A stretch of 64,000 nt of DNA from a virus, in IMG/VR virus record IMGVR_UViG_3300025395_000007, one strand, 5' to 3'. The notes under the pieces are model-generated. The model was given only the letters and a program-made list of their open reading frames with translations, did no database searches and had not been told where the DNA came from. Both the position numbers and the translations under genes were made by a program. Shown here piece after piece: positions 1-9,958 of the stretch. Position 1 is the stretch's first letter, and every line of letters starts with the position of its first letter.

Positions 1-801
1 CCATCACACGCTGTAAGCAGCAAAGGTCCATCAACTAATATGCCAATGCCAAAACTTAATGTCAAAGAAGACGTTGAGGAAATGTTTGATGGTCAAGACC
101 TATCAGAAGAATTTAAAGAAAAAGCATCAACTCTATTTGAAGCAGCTATCAGCGCTCGTTTAATCGCTGAATCAGCTCGTCTTGAAGAAGAATTTGAAGC
201 AAGATTTAATGATGAACTTTATACTTTCACTGAAGAAGTTACTAACAAACTCGACACATATCTCGATTATGTAGTTGAAAATTGGATGACAGAAAATGAA
301 GTAGCCATCGAATCATCTCTCCGTAATGAACTTTCAGAAGAGTTCATGGATGGATTAAAGAATCTTTTTGCTGAACATTATATCGATGTACCACAGCAAA
401 AGGTTGATGTTCTAGAAGCTCTTGCCGATAAGGTAAATGCACTAGAATCAAAGCTTGACGAAACAATTACTGAAAACACAGAGTTAAAAGGATTTGTTTT
501 AGAAAATCATAAAAATGAAATTCTAGAAGAAATTTCCTCTGACCTTGCACTAACACAGCAGGAAAAATTTGCTGCTCTTGTTGAAGGTATTGAATTCGAT
601 GGCGATCTTAACACATATGCAAGAAAGCTTATGATCGTTAAAGAAAACTATTTCAACAAATCAACAACTTCATATTCTTCAAATATCGAAGAAGAAACTT
701 TTGAAGGCGATATCGAAAATACTAATGGTTCAGGTTCAAGATTCGTTGATCCACAAGTTAACCGTTATGTACAAGCAATCGCTAAAACAGTTAAGAAGTA
801 A
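1..801 (+). CDS. gp22: Prohead core scaffold protein (5' end probably outside the window)
   Basis: Acidic coiled-coil with LSEEFKEKASTLFEAA and YLDYVVENWM motifs, directly upstream of the major capsid gene; frame is open from base 1. Confidence 0.9.
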   Translation, partial: PSHAVSSKGPSTNMPMPKLNVKEDVEEMFDGQDLSEEFKEKASTLFEAAISARLIAESARLEEEFEARFNDELYTFTEEVTNKLDTYLDYVVENWMTENEVAIESSLRNELSEEFMDGLKNLFAEHYIDVPQQKVDVLEALADKVNALESKLDETITENTELKGFVLENHKNEILEEISSDLALTQQEKFAALVEGIEFDGDLNTYARKLMIVKENYFNKSTTSYSSNIEEETFEGDIENTNGSGSRFVDPQVNRYVQAIAKTVKK

Positions 802-806
802 TCTTA

Positions 807-814
807 TATAAATA
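807..814 (+). promoter_or_regulatory. T4-type late promoter TATAAATA
   Basis: Exact consensus 40 nt upstream of gp23. Confidence 0.85.
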
Positions 815-853
815 AATTGAACAATACCTTTAAAAGAAACGAAAGGAACTACT

Positions 854-2257
854 ATGTATCTAGCTGAGGAAATCCAAAACAAGTGGGCTCCAGTCCTAGA
901 CCATGACGCTCTTGGCGCCATTAAGGACCAGCACCGCCGTTCCGTAACTGCTATTATGCTTGAGAACACTGAACGTGCTCTTACAGAATCAGCAGCTCAC
1001 GGTTCGTATCAAACTCTTTCTGAAACATCATCTGCACTTCCAGCAAACTTCATGGGCTCAAGCTCATCAACTGCTGGCGCTGGTGGTATCGATACTTTCG
1101 ATCCAGTATTGATCTCCCTAGTTCGTCGTGCAATGCCTAACCTTATTGCATATGACATCTGCGGCGTTCAGCCAATGACTGGCCCAACTGGTCTTATTTT
1201 CGCGATGCGTTCGCGTTATGCTAACCAGACTGGTACAAACGGTCTTGCTAACGGTCAGAGCCAAGATAACGAAACATTCTATAACGAAGTTAACACTGCC
1301 TTCACTGGCGCTGGTGGTCTAACTGGCGTTAACTCAAACAACTTCGGTTTAGGTTTCAAGGGTACTATTCCAGGTGCAACTAATACTTCACCTCTAACAG
1401 CTACTAACACCTATAACACTGGTGGTGGTATGACTACTGCTGCTGGCGAAGCACTTGGTGTTGATTCTGGTAACGTATTCCCACAGATGGCCTTCACAAT
1501 CGAAAAGGTTACTGTTACTGCTAACACTCGTGCTCTAAAAGCAGAATACACTATGGAACTTGCTCAAGATCTTAAGGCAATCCATGGTCTAGACGCTGAA
1601 ACTGAACTTGCTAACATTCTTTCGGCTGAAATTCTTTCAGAAATCAACCGCGAAATCGTTCGTACTATCAACATCACTGCTGTTGCTGGTGCTCAGGACA
1701 ATACAACTACTGCTGGTGTATTCGATCTTGATACCGACTCAAACGGTCGTTGGTCAGTAGAAAAGTTCAAGGGTCTTATGTTCCAGCTTGAACGCGAAGC
1801 TAACCAGATTGCCAAGCAGACTCGTCGTGGTAAGGGTAACATCGTTATCTGTTCTTCGGACGTTGCTTCCGCACTTCAGATGGCTGGTGTTCTTGACTAC
1901 GCTCCTGCTCTTAACTCAAACAAGCTTGAAGTTGACGATACTGGCAATACTTTCGCTGGTGTTCTTAACGGTCGTCTTAAAGTTTATATCGACCCATACG
2001 CAATCGGTGGTAACTATATCACTGTTGGCTATAAAGGTTCGTCAGCTTTCGACGCTGGTCTATTCTATTGCCCATACGTTCCTCTACAGATGGTTCGTGC
2101 GGTTGATCAGTCAACCTTCCAGCCTAAGATTGGTTTCAAGACTCGTTATGGCGTTGTAGCGAATCCATTCGCTCAGGGTCTAACTAAGGGTTCAGGCGCT
2201 CTTGCTATTAACACTAACGTATACTATCGTCGCGTTATCGTCAATAATCTTATGTGA
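854..2257 (+). CDS. gp23: Major capsid protein
   Basis: LVRRAMPNLIAYDICGVQPMTGPTGLIFAMRSRY, RALKAEYTMELAQDLKAIHGLDAE and FQPKIGFKTRYG motifs. Confidence 0.98.
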   Translation: MYLAEEIQNKWAPVLDHDALGAIKDQHRRSVTAIMLENTERALTESAAHGSYQTLSETSSALPANFMGSSSSTAGAGGIDTFDPVLISLVRRAMPNLIAYDICGVQPMTGPTGLIFAMRSRYANQTGTNGLANGQSQDNETFYNEVNTAFTGAGGLTGVNSNNFGLGFKGTIPGATNTSPLTATNTYNTGGGMTTAAGEALGVDSGNVFPQMAFTIEKVTVTANTRALKAEYTMELAQDLKAIHGLDAETELANILSAEILSEINREIVRTINITAVAGAQDNTTTAGVFDLDTDSNGRWSVEKFKGLMFQLEREANQIAKQTRRGKGNIVICSSDVASALQMAGVLDYAPALNSNKLEVDDTGNTFAGVLNGRLKVYIDPYAIGGNYITVGYKGSSAFDAGLFYCPYVPLQMVRAVDQSTFQPKIGFKTRYGVVANPFAQGLTKGSGALAINTNVYYRRVIVNNLM

Positions 2258-2288
2258 GGACTCGTTTTCTCATATCTATACACTAAAT

Positions 2289-2324
2289 AAAGTCAGGGGT
2301 TTGAAACCCCTGACTTTTTCTTTT
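2289..2324 (+). terminator. Intrinsic terminator after gp23
   Basis: AGTCAGGGGTT/AACCCCTGACT stem followed by a U tract. Confidence 0.85.
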
Positions 2325-2377
2325 GGAGGTAGCAATGGTCAAATGGTTCTAGAAAAAGAGCAGAGCCAAAAATATCG

Positions 2378-2527
2378 ATGACACGTGAAGAGCAAGATAA
2401 ACTTTGTTCAGGACAACTTAAAAACAGATGGGCTGATCCAGTATGGGCCACTAATCAAAAAATAAAATTAAAAGAAGCTTGGATTAAAAGAAAAGAAAAA
2501 CTAAATATCAATGAACTTGCTCAATGA
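2378..2527 (+). pseudogene. 49-aa ORF, possible C-terminal remnant of a homing endonuclease
   Basis: Manual translation MTREEQDKLCSGQLKNRWADPVWATNQKIKLKEAWIKRKEK; basic RWADP-type repeat; lies between two terminators. Confidence 0.4.
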
Positions 2528-2571
2528 AGGCAAGATATTTTAAGACGGTTTCAAGCCGCAAACTTTAAGAG

Positions 2572-2594
2572 GAGAGCTTCGGCTCTCATTTTTT
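2572..2594 (+). terminator. Intrinsic terminator with cUUCGg loop
   Basis: GAGAGC-TTCG-GCTCTC-ATTTTTT. Confidence 0.8.
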
Positions 2595-2598
2595 CACA

Positions 2599-2606
2599 TA
2601 TAAATA
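2599..2606 (+). promoter_or_regulatory. T4-type late promoter TATAAATA
   Basis: Exact consensus upstream of the gp3-like gene. Confidence 0.8.
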
Positions 2607-2628
2607 GTAGGTGATATTGGAGGAATAT

Positions 2629-3186
2629 ATGTCAGCTGCAGAAAACACCCCATCAAATAAAAACTTTTTATCTCCACTTAATTTTCAATTTCAAATTAAG
2701 AAAACACCGTATACTAACTTCTTTATTCAAAAAGTTAATATACCATCTATGGCTCTGCAAGCATCGGAAACACCTACACCATTCGTAAAAACGCCAGCTC
2801 CAGGCGATCATATTAATTTTGGAACTTTAGAAATTACTTTTAAAGTAGATGAAGATTTACAAAATTATCTAGAACTTTTTAATTGGATGACTCATTTAGG
2901 ATTTGATCAAAATTTTAATCAATATTATGATATTGAAAAACAATCTCCTACTAGCGGTAACGGTATATATTCTGACATTTCAGTTACAGCTTTAACGAGT
3001 TCACATCAACCAAATTATGTTATTTCATATATAGATGCATTTCCTGTAAATCTCGGAGCAATTACTTTTAATACAACTGATCCGAATGTTAATTATATCG
3101 AATGTAGTGCTACTTTTAAATATACGTATTTTACTGTAGAACAAATAAACAGTATTAATGTTTCTATTGTTGGAAATACTGGTTGA
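2629..3186 (+). CDS. gp3: Tail completion / tail tube terminator protein
   Basis: NFLSPLNFQF, LEITFKVDEDLQNYLELFNWM and DAFPVNLG motifs; gp23-gp3-uvsY-uvsW synteny. Confidence 0.8.
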   Translation: MSAAENTPSNKNFLSPLNFQFQIKKTPYTNFFIQKVNIPSMALQASETPTPFVKTPAPGDHINFGTLEITFKVDEDLQNYLELFNWMTHLGFDQNFNQYYDIEKQSPTSGNGIYSDISVTALTSSHQPNYVISYIDAFPVNLGAITFNTTDPNVNYIECSATFKYTYFTVEQINSINVSIVGNTG

Positions 3187-3211
3187 CTTTTTCTTTATTA
3201 TGTAGTATACT
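3183..3211 (+). promoter_or_regulatory. Sigma70-type promoter
   Basis: TTGACT-N17-TATACT. Confidence 0.75.
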
Positions 3212-3247
3212 ATATGATAATTGAAACAGTTTCAAAAGAGTTTTATA

Positions 3248-3682
3248 ATGAAAATCGAAGATATTTTTAATCAATGGAAAGAAGATTCTGAAATTGATAA
3301 AACAGAGCTCGGAGATGAAGCTCTTAAAATTCCTAAGTTACATCATAGATATTATCAAATGTTTATTAACGAACGCCTTTTGCTTCGTTCATATGACGCA
3401 GAGATGAAGCAACTTAAACTTGATAAGTGGGAATTTTACACTCAAGGTCCAAACGAAGAAACAAAAGAAAAAGGTTGGACTTTACCAGCCAAAGGATTAA
3501 TCCTTAAAGCTGACATTCCTATGTACATGGAAGCAGATAAAGATATTATTAAACTTTCTCTTAAGATTGGTATTCAACAAGAGAAAATAGAACTATTAGA
3601 ATCTATAATTAAATCATTGACCAATAGAGGGTATAACATCAAGGTGGCTCTTGATCACCAGAAGTTTACTATGGGAGCATAA
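3248..3682 (+). CDS. uvsY: Recombination mediator UvsY
   Basis: WKEDSEID..L..EALKIPKLH motif and position before uvsW. Confidence 0.85.
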   Translation: MKIEDIFNQWKEDSEIDKTELGDEALKIPKLHHRYYQMFINERLLLRSYDAEMKQLKLDKWEFYTQGPNEETKEKGWTLPAKGLILKADIPMYMEADKDIIKLSLKIGIQQEKIELLESIIKSLTNRGYNIKVALDHQKFTMGA

Positions 3683-5133
3683 TGGATACAGTAAGCATTG
3701 AGAAGATTAACGAAGTCTATAATAAAATTCATTGCGATCCATCTATCGCATATGAACTCAATGATTATTTCACATTTGATGTTCCAGGCGCTAAGTTTAT
3801 GCCTGCATATAAAAATAAATTTTGGGATGGCAAGGTTAGATTATTTCAGTTAATGACTGGATACCTTTACGCTGGCCTTAATGGTTATGTTGAAGAATTT
3901 TGTAGATCAAGAAATTATGTCGTTGACTATATCAGCGAATTTGCTTCCACTGAATTTTCAGTAACAGAAGCCAACCAATTTATTAGTAAATTAAATCTTC
4001 CAGAAAAATATATACCTAGAGATTATCAGCTCGAAGCTTTTGTATATGCAGTTCGTAATCGTAGAGCTGTATTATTATCACCAACTGCTTCTGGTAAATC
4101 TTTTATCATTTATCTCCTTATGAGATATTATAGTGTTAAAACACTTATCATTGTACCAACCACTTCTTTGGTTAGTCAACTATATTCTGATTTTGCAGAT
4201 TATGGATTTCAATCTGACATTTTCTGTCATAGAATTTATTCTGGCCAAGAGAAACATTCTAATCGGCCGATTACTATTTCGACTTGGCAGTCGATATACA
4301 AACTTCCTAAAGATTATTTCTCGCAGTTTGATTTAATCATTGGCGACGAAGCTCATTTATTCAAAGCTAAATCTTTAACATCAATAATGTCTAAGATGGA
4401 AACGACTCCATATCGTTTTGGTTTCACAGGTACACTTGATGGAGCGCAAACTAATAAACTGGTGTTAGAAGGTTTGTTTGGTCCAGTTCGTAAAGTTATT
4501 ACGACAGCTGAATTGATCGAACAGAAACATGTTGCTGATTTTAAAATTAAAGCAATCGTTCTTTCTTATCCAGAAGAAATCCGCAAAGCCGTTTCTAAAA
4601 TGGATTATCAAACTGAAATGGATTATCTTGTTCGTTTAGAACCTAGAAATAGGTTTATTCGTAATCTTGCATTATCCCTTGAAGGTAATACTTTATTATT
4701 GTTTCAATATGTAGATAAACATGGTAAAGGATTATATGAAGCTCTAAAAAGAGAAACAGATCGTCCAGTGTATTATGTTTCTGGATCTGTCGATGGTGAA
4801 GAAAGAGAAGAGATTCGTAAAATTGTTGAACAACAAAACAATGCAATTATCGTTGCTTCTTATGGAACATTCTCCACTGGTGTAAATATTAAAAATCTCC
4901 ATAATGTTATTTTTTCTTCTCCTTCGAAATCCAGAATAAGAAATCTTCAGTCGATCGGGCGTGGTTTACGTAGGTCGGAAACAAAGACGGAATCAACTCT
5001 ATATGATATATCAGATGATATGTCTCATAATAAAAGAAAGAACTTCACTCTGCTCCACTTTATGGAACGTATTAAAATATACAACGAAGAGAAGTTTCCA
5101 TACAAGATCTATAAGATATCGATAACAATCTAA
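3682..5133 (+). CDS. uvsW: SF2 DNA helicase UvsW
   Basis: PTASGKS, DEAH, GFTGT and QSIGRGLR helicase motifs. Confidence 0.95.
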   Translation: MDTVSIEKINEVYNKIHCDPSIAYELNDYFTFDVPGAKFMPAYKNKFWDGKVRLFQLMTGYLYAGLNGYVEEFCRSRNYVVDYISEFASTEFSVTEANQFISKLNLPEKYIPRDYQLEAFVYAVRNRRAVLLSPTASGKSFIIYLLMRYYSVKTLIIVPTTSLVSQLYSDFADYGFQSDIFCHRIYSGQEKHSNRPITISTWQSIYKLPKDYFSQFDLIIGDEAHLFKAKSLTSIMSKMETTPYRFGFTGTLDGAQTNKLVLEGLFGPVRKVITTAELIEQKHVADFKIKAIVLSYPEEIRKAVSKMDYQTEMDYLVRLEPRNRFIRNLALSLEGNTLLLFQYVDKHGKGLYEALKRETDRPVYYVSGSVDGEEREEIRKIVEQQNNAIIVASYGTFSTGVNIKNLHNVIFSSPSKSRIRNLQSIGRGLRRSETKTESTLYDISDDMSHNKRKNFTLLHFMERIKIYNEEKFPYKIYKISITI

Positions 5134-5152
5134 TTCATAATGGCACAATGTG

Positions 5153-5180
5153 ATTATACGGCATTTGCCCAAAAAGTCAA
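5153..5180 (-). promoter_or_regulatory. Minus-strand sigma70-type promoter facing into uvsW
   Basis: Reverse complement reads TTGACT-N16-TATAAT. Confidence 0.6.
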
Positions 5181-5190
5181 GGGGTAATTT

Positions 5191-5766
5191 ATGGCTAACC
5201 GCACTGGACGTGTAAAAAACTATATTAACAATAAAACGCTCTACAATTCAATGATTGAACACAGAGCTAAATTAAAAGAAGCTCTAGATAACGAGAAAGC
5301 AAAGCCTCAAGTCAGTAACTATATCGGTCAATCTATTCTTTTGATTTGTAACAATTTAGCTAAGAAACCAAACTTTTCTGGATACACTTATAAACAAGAT
5401 ATGATCAGTGATGGAATCATTGACTGTATCGCCGCCGTGGATAATTTCAATCCAGATAAAACAAACAACCCATTCGCCTATTTTACTCAGATAGCATGGA
5501 ATGCTTTTATTAGAAGAATCCATAAAGAGAAAAAACAAACATATATCAAACATAAGAATTTCGAAAACAGTTTCCTTATGAATGAGTTATGGTCTGACTC
5601 TGAGAATATGCATCTTAAATCAAACGAATATTCATCTGATGTGGTAAGCAGCTATGAAAATAAGTTGACTAAAATCAAAAAAAATAGTAAACTAAGTGGA
5701 GTTGAAAAATTCTCTGTACTGGACGAGGAAGTTAAAAATGAAGAACTTGCATCTGATACCAATTAA
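5191..5766 (+). CDS. gp55: Late-transcription sigma factor
   Basis: KPNFSGYTYKQDMISDG and NPFAYFTQIAWNAFIRRI motifs. Confidence 0.95.
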   Translation: MANRTGRVKNYINNKTLYNSMIEHRAKLKEALDNEKAKPQVSNYIGQSILLICNNLAKKPNFSGYTYKQDMISDGIIDCIAAVDNFNPDKTNNPFAYFTQIAWNAFIRRIHKEKKQTYIKHKNFENSFLMNELWSDSENMHLKSNEYSSDVVSSYENKLTKIKKNSKLSGVEKFSVLDEEVKNEELASDTN

Positions 5767-5920
5767 TGTTATTGATATTGTTGAAAAATTAAATGCTCAA
5801 GGAATTCGAGAGAGCGAACGAAATAATTATTTGCTTCGTTTAGAAGCAATTCGCGATTACTGCGAAAATGCTATTAATAAAAATAACAAGCCTGTAAAAA
5901 ATACGCGAGCGTTTAAGTGA
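5738..5920 (+). CDS. Small hypothetical protein
   Basis: GAGGA RBS; overlaps both the gp55 stop and the gp47 start. Confidence 0.6.
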   Translation: MKNLHLIPINVIDIVEKLNAQGIRESERNNYLLRLEAIRDYCENAINKNNKPVKNTRAFK

Positions 5921-6981
5921 AAATTGCTTTAATAACAGACACCCACTGGGGGATTAGAAATGACTCAATCGCATTCCAAGACAACTCCAAACGATTCCTC
6001 GATGATATATTCTTTCCTACTTTACTTCGTGATGGGATCGGCAATGTCCTGCATTTGGGGGACTTGGTTGATCGCCGCAAATACGTTAATTTTCTCACTG
6101 CAAAAAGACTCAGGGAAGATTTCCTAGAACCATTAAAGCAAAATAATATTCACATGGATATTATTGCAGGCAACCATGATGTGTTTTATAAAAATACAAA
6201 CAAGGTTAATGCTTTAACGGAATTGGTTACTGGTAATTATAACAACATTAGTGTATATACAGATCCAACTGAAATTTCATATAATGGAACAAAGATGTTG
6301 TTGCTGCCATGGATCTGTGATGAAAATAGAGAACAGTCTTTAAAATTTATAAAGGAAACAGATGCGCAAATCGCTATGGGGCATTTGGAGCTTCAAGGTT
6401 ATGAAATGTTTAAAGGTTCTGTTGTTTCACATGGCGATGATCCTTCTTTATTTAATCGGTTTGATATTGTATGCAGTGGTCATTTTCATCATCGTTCAAC
6501 TGATGGTCATATATGGTATCTTGGAAGTCATGCGGAGTTTACTTGGTCTGATTGGAATGACCCAAAAGGTTTCCATATCTTCGACACAGAAACTAGAGAA
6601 TTAAAATTTATTAGAAATCCATATACCATGTTTGAAAAGATTTGGTACAACGATACTGATTCTGATTTTCTAAATGCAGATGTTGATTATAGTAAGTATA
6701 AAGGCAAGATAGTAAAGGTTATCGTTCAGAACAAAACTAATCTTTATTGGTTTGATAAGTTTATTGAAAACCTAGAATCTGAAAATCTTCTTGATTTGCA
6801 AATCGTTGAAGATCATTTAAACTTAAACCTTGAAGATGATAACGATATTGTAAATGAAGCTGAGTCAACTATTAATATCTTTAAAAAATATATTGAAGGT
6901 ATTGATACTAAAACTGTAAACAAAGAAAAACTAGAAAAGAAAATCATTGATCTTTATAATGAGGCATTGGCAGTTGAATGA
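5917..6981 (+). CDS. gp47: Recombination endonuclease subunit (Mre11/SbcD-like)
   Basis: DTHWG, GDLVD, GNHD and GHFH metallophosphoesterase motifs. Confidence 0.95.
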   Translation: MKIALITDTHWGIRNDSIAFQDNSKRFLDDIFFPTLLRDGIGNVLHLGDLVDRRKYVNFLTAKRLREDFLEPLKQNNIHMDIIAGNHDVFYKNTNKVNALTELVTGNYNNISVYTDPTEISYNGTKMLLLPWICDENREQSLKFIKETDAQIAMGHLELQGYEMFKGSVVSHGDDPSLFNRFDIVCSGHFHHRSTDGHIWYLGSHAEFTWSDWNDPKGFHIFDTETRELKFIRNPYTMFEKIWYNDTDSDFLNADVDYSKYKGKIVKVIVQNKTNLYWFDKFIENLESENLLDLQIVEDHLNLNLEDDNDIVNEAESTINIFKKYIEGIDTKTVNKEKLEKKIIDLYNEALAVE

Positions 6982-7205
6982 AAATCATACATATTAACAG
7001 AAACATCATTCAACAAAATGCTAAACATAATAGAGAAGAGCCTGTTGTGCGTGTTGAAGAAAATGGTGTCGTTAAATATTGCATGGAAGTTGATATAAAA
7101 GGACCATCGCGTATGGTCTATCGTCCAAATAAACCTAGAACATGTGGCGCAAAACTATGGATCGAAACTGATGCAGAAGTTGAATTAATAGGTGAAAAGC
7201 TTTGA
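6978..7205 (+). CDS. Small hypothetical phage protein
   Basis: ORF coupled to both gp47 and gp46; IHINRN...CGAKLWIET. Confidence 0.7.
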   Translation: MKIIHINRNIIQQNAKHNREEPVVRVEENGVVKYCMEVDIKGPSRMVYRPNKPRTCGAKLWIETDAEVELIGEKL

Positions 7206-8908
7206 TACTTTTTAAAAAAATTAGATATAAAAATTTATTATCTACGGGAAATCTTTTTACTGAGATTGATTTGAACACTCATAACACTTCATTGATTGTT
7301 GGTGAGAACGGTGCTGGCAAATCAACCATCCTTGACGCTTTGTCTTTTGTAATCTTCGGTAAAGCATTCCGTAAGATTAATAAGGCGCAGCTGATCAATA
7401 CCATAACTCAAAAGAACCTTGTGGTTGAAGTTGAGTTTTCTATTGGTACAAATAACTATAAGATCATTCGTGGAACAAAGCCGAATATATTTGAGGTGTA
7501 TCAAAATGATATTATCCTCAATCAATCTGCAGAAATGAAAGACTATCAAGAAATTCTTGAGAAGCAGATTATGAAAGTTAATCATAAATCTTTCTGTCAG
7601 GTTGTAGTTCTTGGGTCAGCTACCTTCCAATCTTTCATGCAGTTGAACACAGCGCAACGTCGCGAGATTATTGAAGACCTTCTTGATCTTCAAATCTTTA
7701 CAACGATGAATTCTCTTTTGAAAGATAAAGTTCTTATCAATAGTGATTCACTTAACACTTGTTCTAATAATAAGAAAATTGCAGAAGAAAAGATTAAACT
7801 TATTCGTGAACATATGCAAGAGATGCAAAATAATAATGATGCTATTATTGCAGAAAAGAAAGAGCGCATTGAAGAAACTAAATCACAGTTAGAAATTTTA
7901 ACGGCTCAACAAAATAACATTAATGAGGAAGCTAAAGAATTAGCAAGCCAAACTACTAATCTTGAAACGCTTGAAAATAAAATGTCTAAGCTTCAATCTT
8001 TGAAGCATAAAATTGAAGCTAATCTTGCTATCGTAAATAAAGAAGTCGCTTTCTTTAATAGTCATGACAACTGCCCTACTTGTAAACAGGAAATTGATCA
8101 TGATTTTAAATGTGAAGCTATTGATACAAGAAACACTAACATTACTGAAATTCAAGATGGCCTTGATAAACTATCAGCTGAATATGACAAAGTAAACTCT
8201 GAAATAAAAAATATGAATCTTATTAATAATCAGGTTCGTCAAAAAGTAATAAACTATCACGTTATTGATACTAAAATTAATTCATTGAATACCTATGTTA
8301 AACAACTTAACAATGAAATTAATTCAATTCAAAAAACTGTAGAAGAACAGGATAATACAAAGATTGGAGATCTTGAAAAAGAATTCTCTGATATCGAGAA
8401 AACACATAGTGAGCTTTCTGAAGAAAGGCAGCTTCTTAATGCAGCTGGTGTTTTACTAAAAGATGGCGGTATTAAATCTAAGATCATTAAACAGTATATC
8501 CCTGTTATCAATAAACTGATTAACAAATATCTTTCCGCCATGGAGTTTATGTGTCAGTTTGAACTAGATGAAAACTTCAACGAAACTATTAAGTCTCGTT
8601 ATAGGGATGTGTTTAGTTACGAGAGTTTCTCTGAAGGCGAAAAAATGCGTATCGATCTTGCTATCCTGTTTACATGGAGAGCGGTTTCGAAACTTCGTAA
8701 CTCTATCAACACCAACCTTCTTATCATGGATGAGGTATTCGATAGCTCATTGGATTCGAATGGTACAGAAGAATTTTTAAAGATATTAAATAGCTTGACT
8801 TTTGACACAAATACGTTTATAATAAGTCATAAGACTGATCAACTTTTCGATAAATTCGAACGAGTGATTAAGTTTGAAAAGCATAAGAATTTTTCAAGGA
8901 TAGCTTAA
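7202..8908 (+). CDS. gp46: Recombination ATPase (Rad50/SbcC-like)
   Basis: GENGAGKS Walker A, CPTC zinc hook, FSEGEK signature, MDEVFD Walker B. Confidence 0.96.
   Translation: MILFKKIRYKNLLSTGNLFTEIDLNTHNTSLIVGENGAGKSTILDALSFVIFGKAFRKINKAQLINTITQKNLVVEVEFSIGTNNYKIIRGTKPNIFEVYQNDIILNQSAEMKDYQEILEKQIMKVNHKSFCQVVVLGSATFQSFMQLNTAQRREIIEDLLDLQIFTTMNSLLKDKVLINSDSLNTCSNNKKIAEEKIKLIREHMQEMQNNNDAIIAEKKERIEETKSQLEILTAQQNNINEEAKELASQTTNLETLENKMSKLQSLKHKIEANLAIVNKEVAFFNSHDNCPTCKQEIDHDFKCEAIDTRNTNITEIQDGLDKLSAEYDKVNSEIKNMNLINNQVRQKVINYHVIDTKINSLNTYVKQLNNEINSIQKTVEEQDNTKIGDLEKEFSDIEKTHSELSEERQLLNAAGVLLKDGGIKSKIIKQYIPVINKLINKYLSAMEFMCQFELDENFNETIKSRYRDVFSYESFSEGEKMRIDLAILFTWRAVSKLRNSINTNLLIMDEVFDSSLDSNGTEEFLKILNSLTFDTNTFIISHKTDQLFDKFERVIKFEKHKNFSRIA
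8795..8823 (+). promoter_or_regulatory. Sigma70-type promoter inside the 3' end of gp46
   Basis: TTGACT-N17-TATAAT. Confidence 0.6.
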
Positions 8909-9480
8909 TGTTTGAAACTGTTGTAATTGACGATATCGTGGATACTGTAAAACAAAAACATATCCACGATATGTTAATGACTGCTGACTGGAAATTCCTT
9001 ATGGATGTTAGTGGTGTGCAAAATACATATCCATCGCATGGTTTTGCTCATGTTTTAAAATATCCAAATGGATTACTTTCTCCTTTGTATGAGGAAATCA
9101 GCCCTCATATTTTAGATTCTATTTCTAGTGGCAATTATAAAATTAAAGAGAACTATTATAACCGTTCTTTCCTTCAGCTGCCATTAGCAGCAAAATATAT
9201 GAAAGAACACAATGGCATTCATGTGGATCTTCCAAAAGAAATTCCACATGTAGCTTGTGTTTATTATGTAAATAATTCAGACGGTGATACCATTATTTAC
9301 GAGCAAACTATTAACGATACTCCAGGCGGCTCGAATAATGTTCAACTCATTGAACATAAAAGAGTTGAACCAAAGCGTGGTCGTATAGTTATGTTTGATG
9401 GATCTAGGTATCACTGTAGCAGTCAACCAACGATTAACTATCGTTGTATCATTAACTTCGATTTAATTATGGAACAATAA
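8908..9480 (+). CDS. 2OG-Fe(II) oxygenase
   Basis: HVD...YYVNNSDGDT...PKRGRIVMFDG..YH...R double-stranded beta-helix motifs. Confidence 0.85.
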   Translation: MFETVVIDDIVDTVKQKHIHDMLMTADWKFLMDVSGVQNTYPSHGFAHVLKYPNGLLSPLYEEISPHILDSISSGNYKIKENYYNRSFLQLPLAAKYMKEHNGIHVDLPKEIPHVACVYYVNNSDGDTIIYEQTINDTPGGSNNVQLIEHKRVEPKRGRIVMFDGSRYHCSSQPTINYRCIINFDLIMEQ

Positions 9481-9481
9481 T

Positions 9482-9958
9482 ATGGAATTAGTACCAGCCA
9501 ACGATCCAATCTTAACTAAAGTTTGCGAAACTTTTGATTTTCTTAATCCTCCATTTGACCCTGTTGAATTTTCTCAAGAACTTATTAAGTTTATGTATAG
9601 TAAAAATGGAGTTGGTTTAGCAGCGAATCAGGTTGGTGTTCCATATCGTATCTTTGCTATGAGAGCAGCCCCTGAAAATTTTGTTTGTTTTAATCCTAAG
9701 ATTATTATGCCAGGAACTGATGAGATTGTTCTTGAAGAAGGATGCTTGACTTTTCCCAAATTATTAGTTAAGATAAAGCGACCTCAACATATTCGTGTTC
9801 GATTTAATACACCGAACGGAGATACATTGACAAAACAGTTTACAGGATTATCTGCTCGTATCTTTCAACATGAACTAGATCATCTTGACGGAATTGTATT
9901 TTATAATAAAGCAAATCGGTTTCATCGCGAACAAGCATTGAAGAATTGGAAAAAATGA
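9482..9958 (+). CDS. def: Peptide deformylase
   Basis: GVGLAANQVG, EGCLT and QHELDHL motifs. Confidence 0.95.
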   Translation: MELVPANDPILTKVCETFDFLNPPFDPVEFSQELIKFMYSKNGVGLAANQVGVPYRIFAMRAAPENFVCFNPKIIMPGTDEIVLEEGCLTFPKLLVKIKRPQHIRVRFNTPNGDTLTKQFTGLSARIFQHELDHLDGIVFYNKANRFHREQALKNWKK

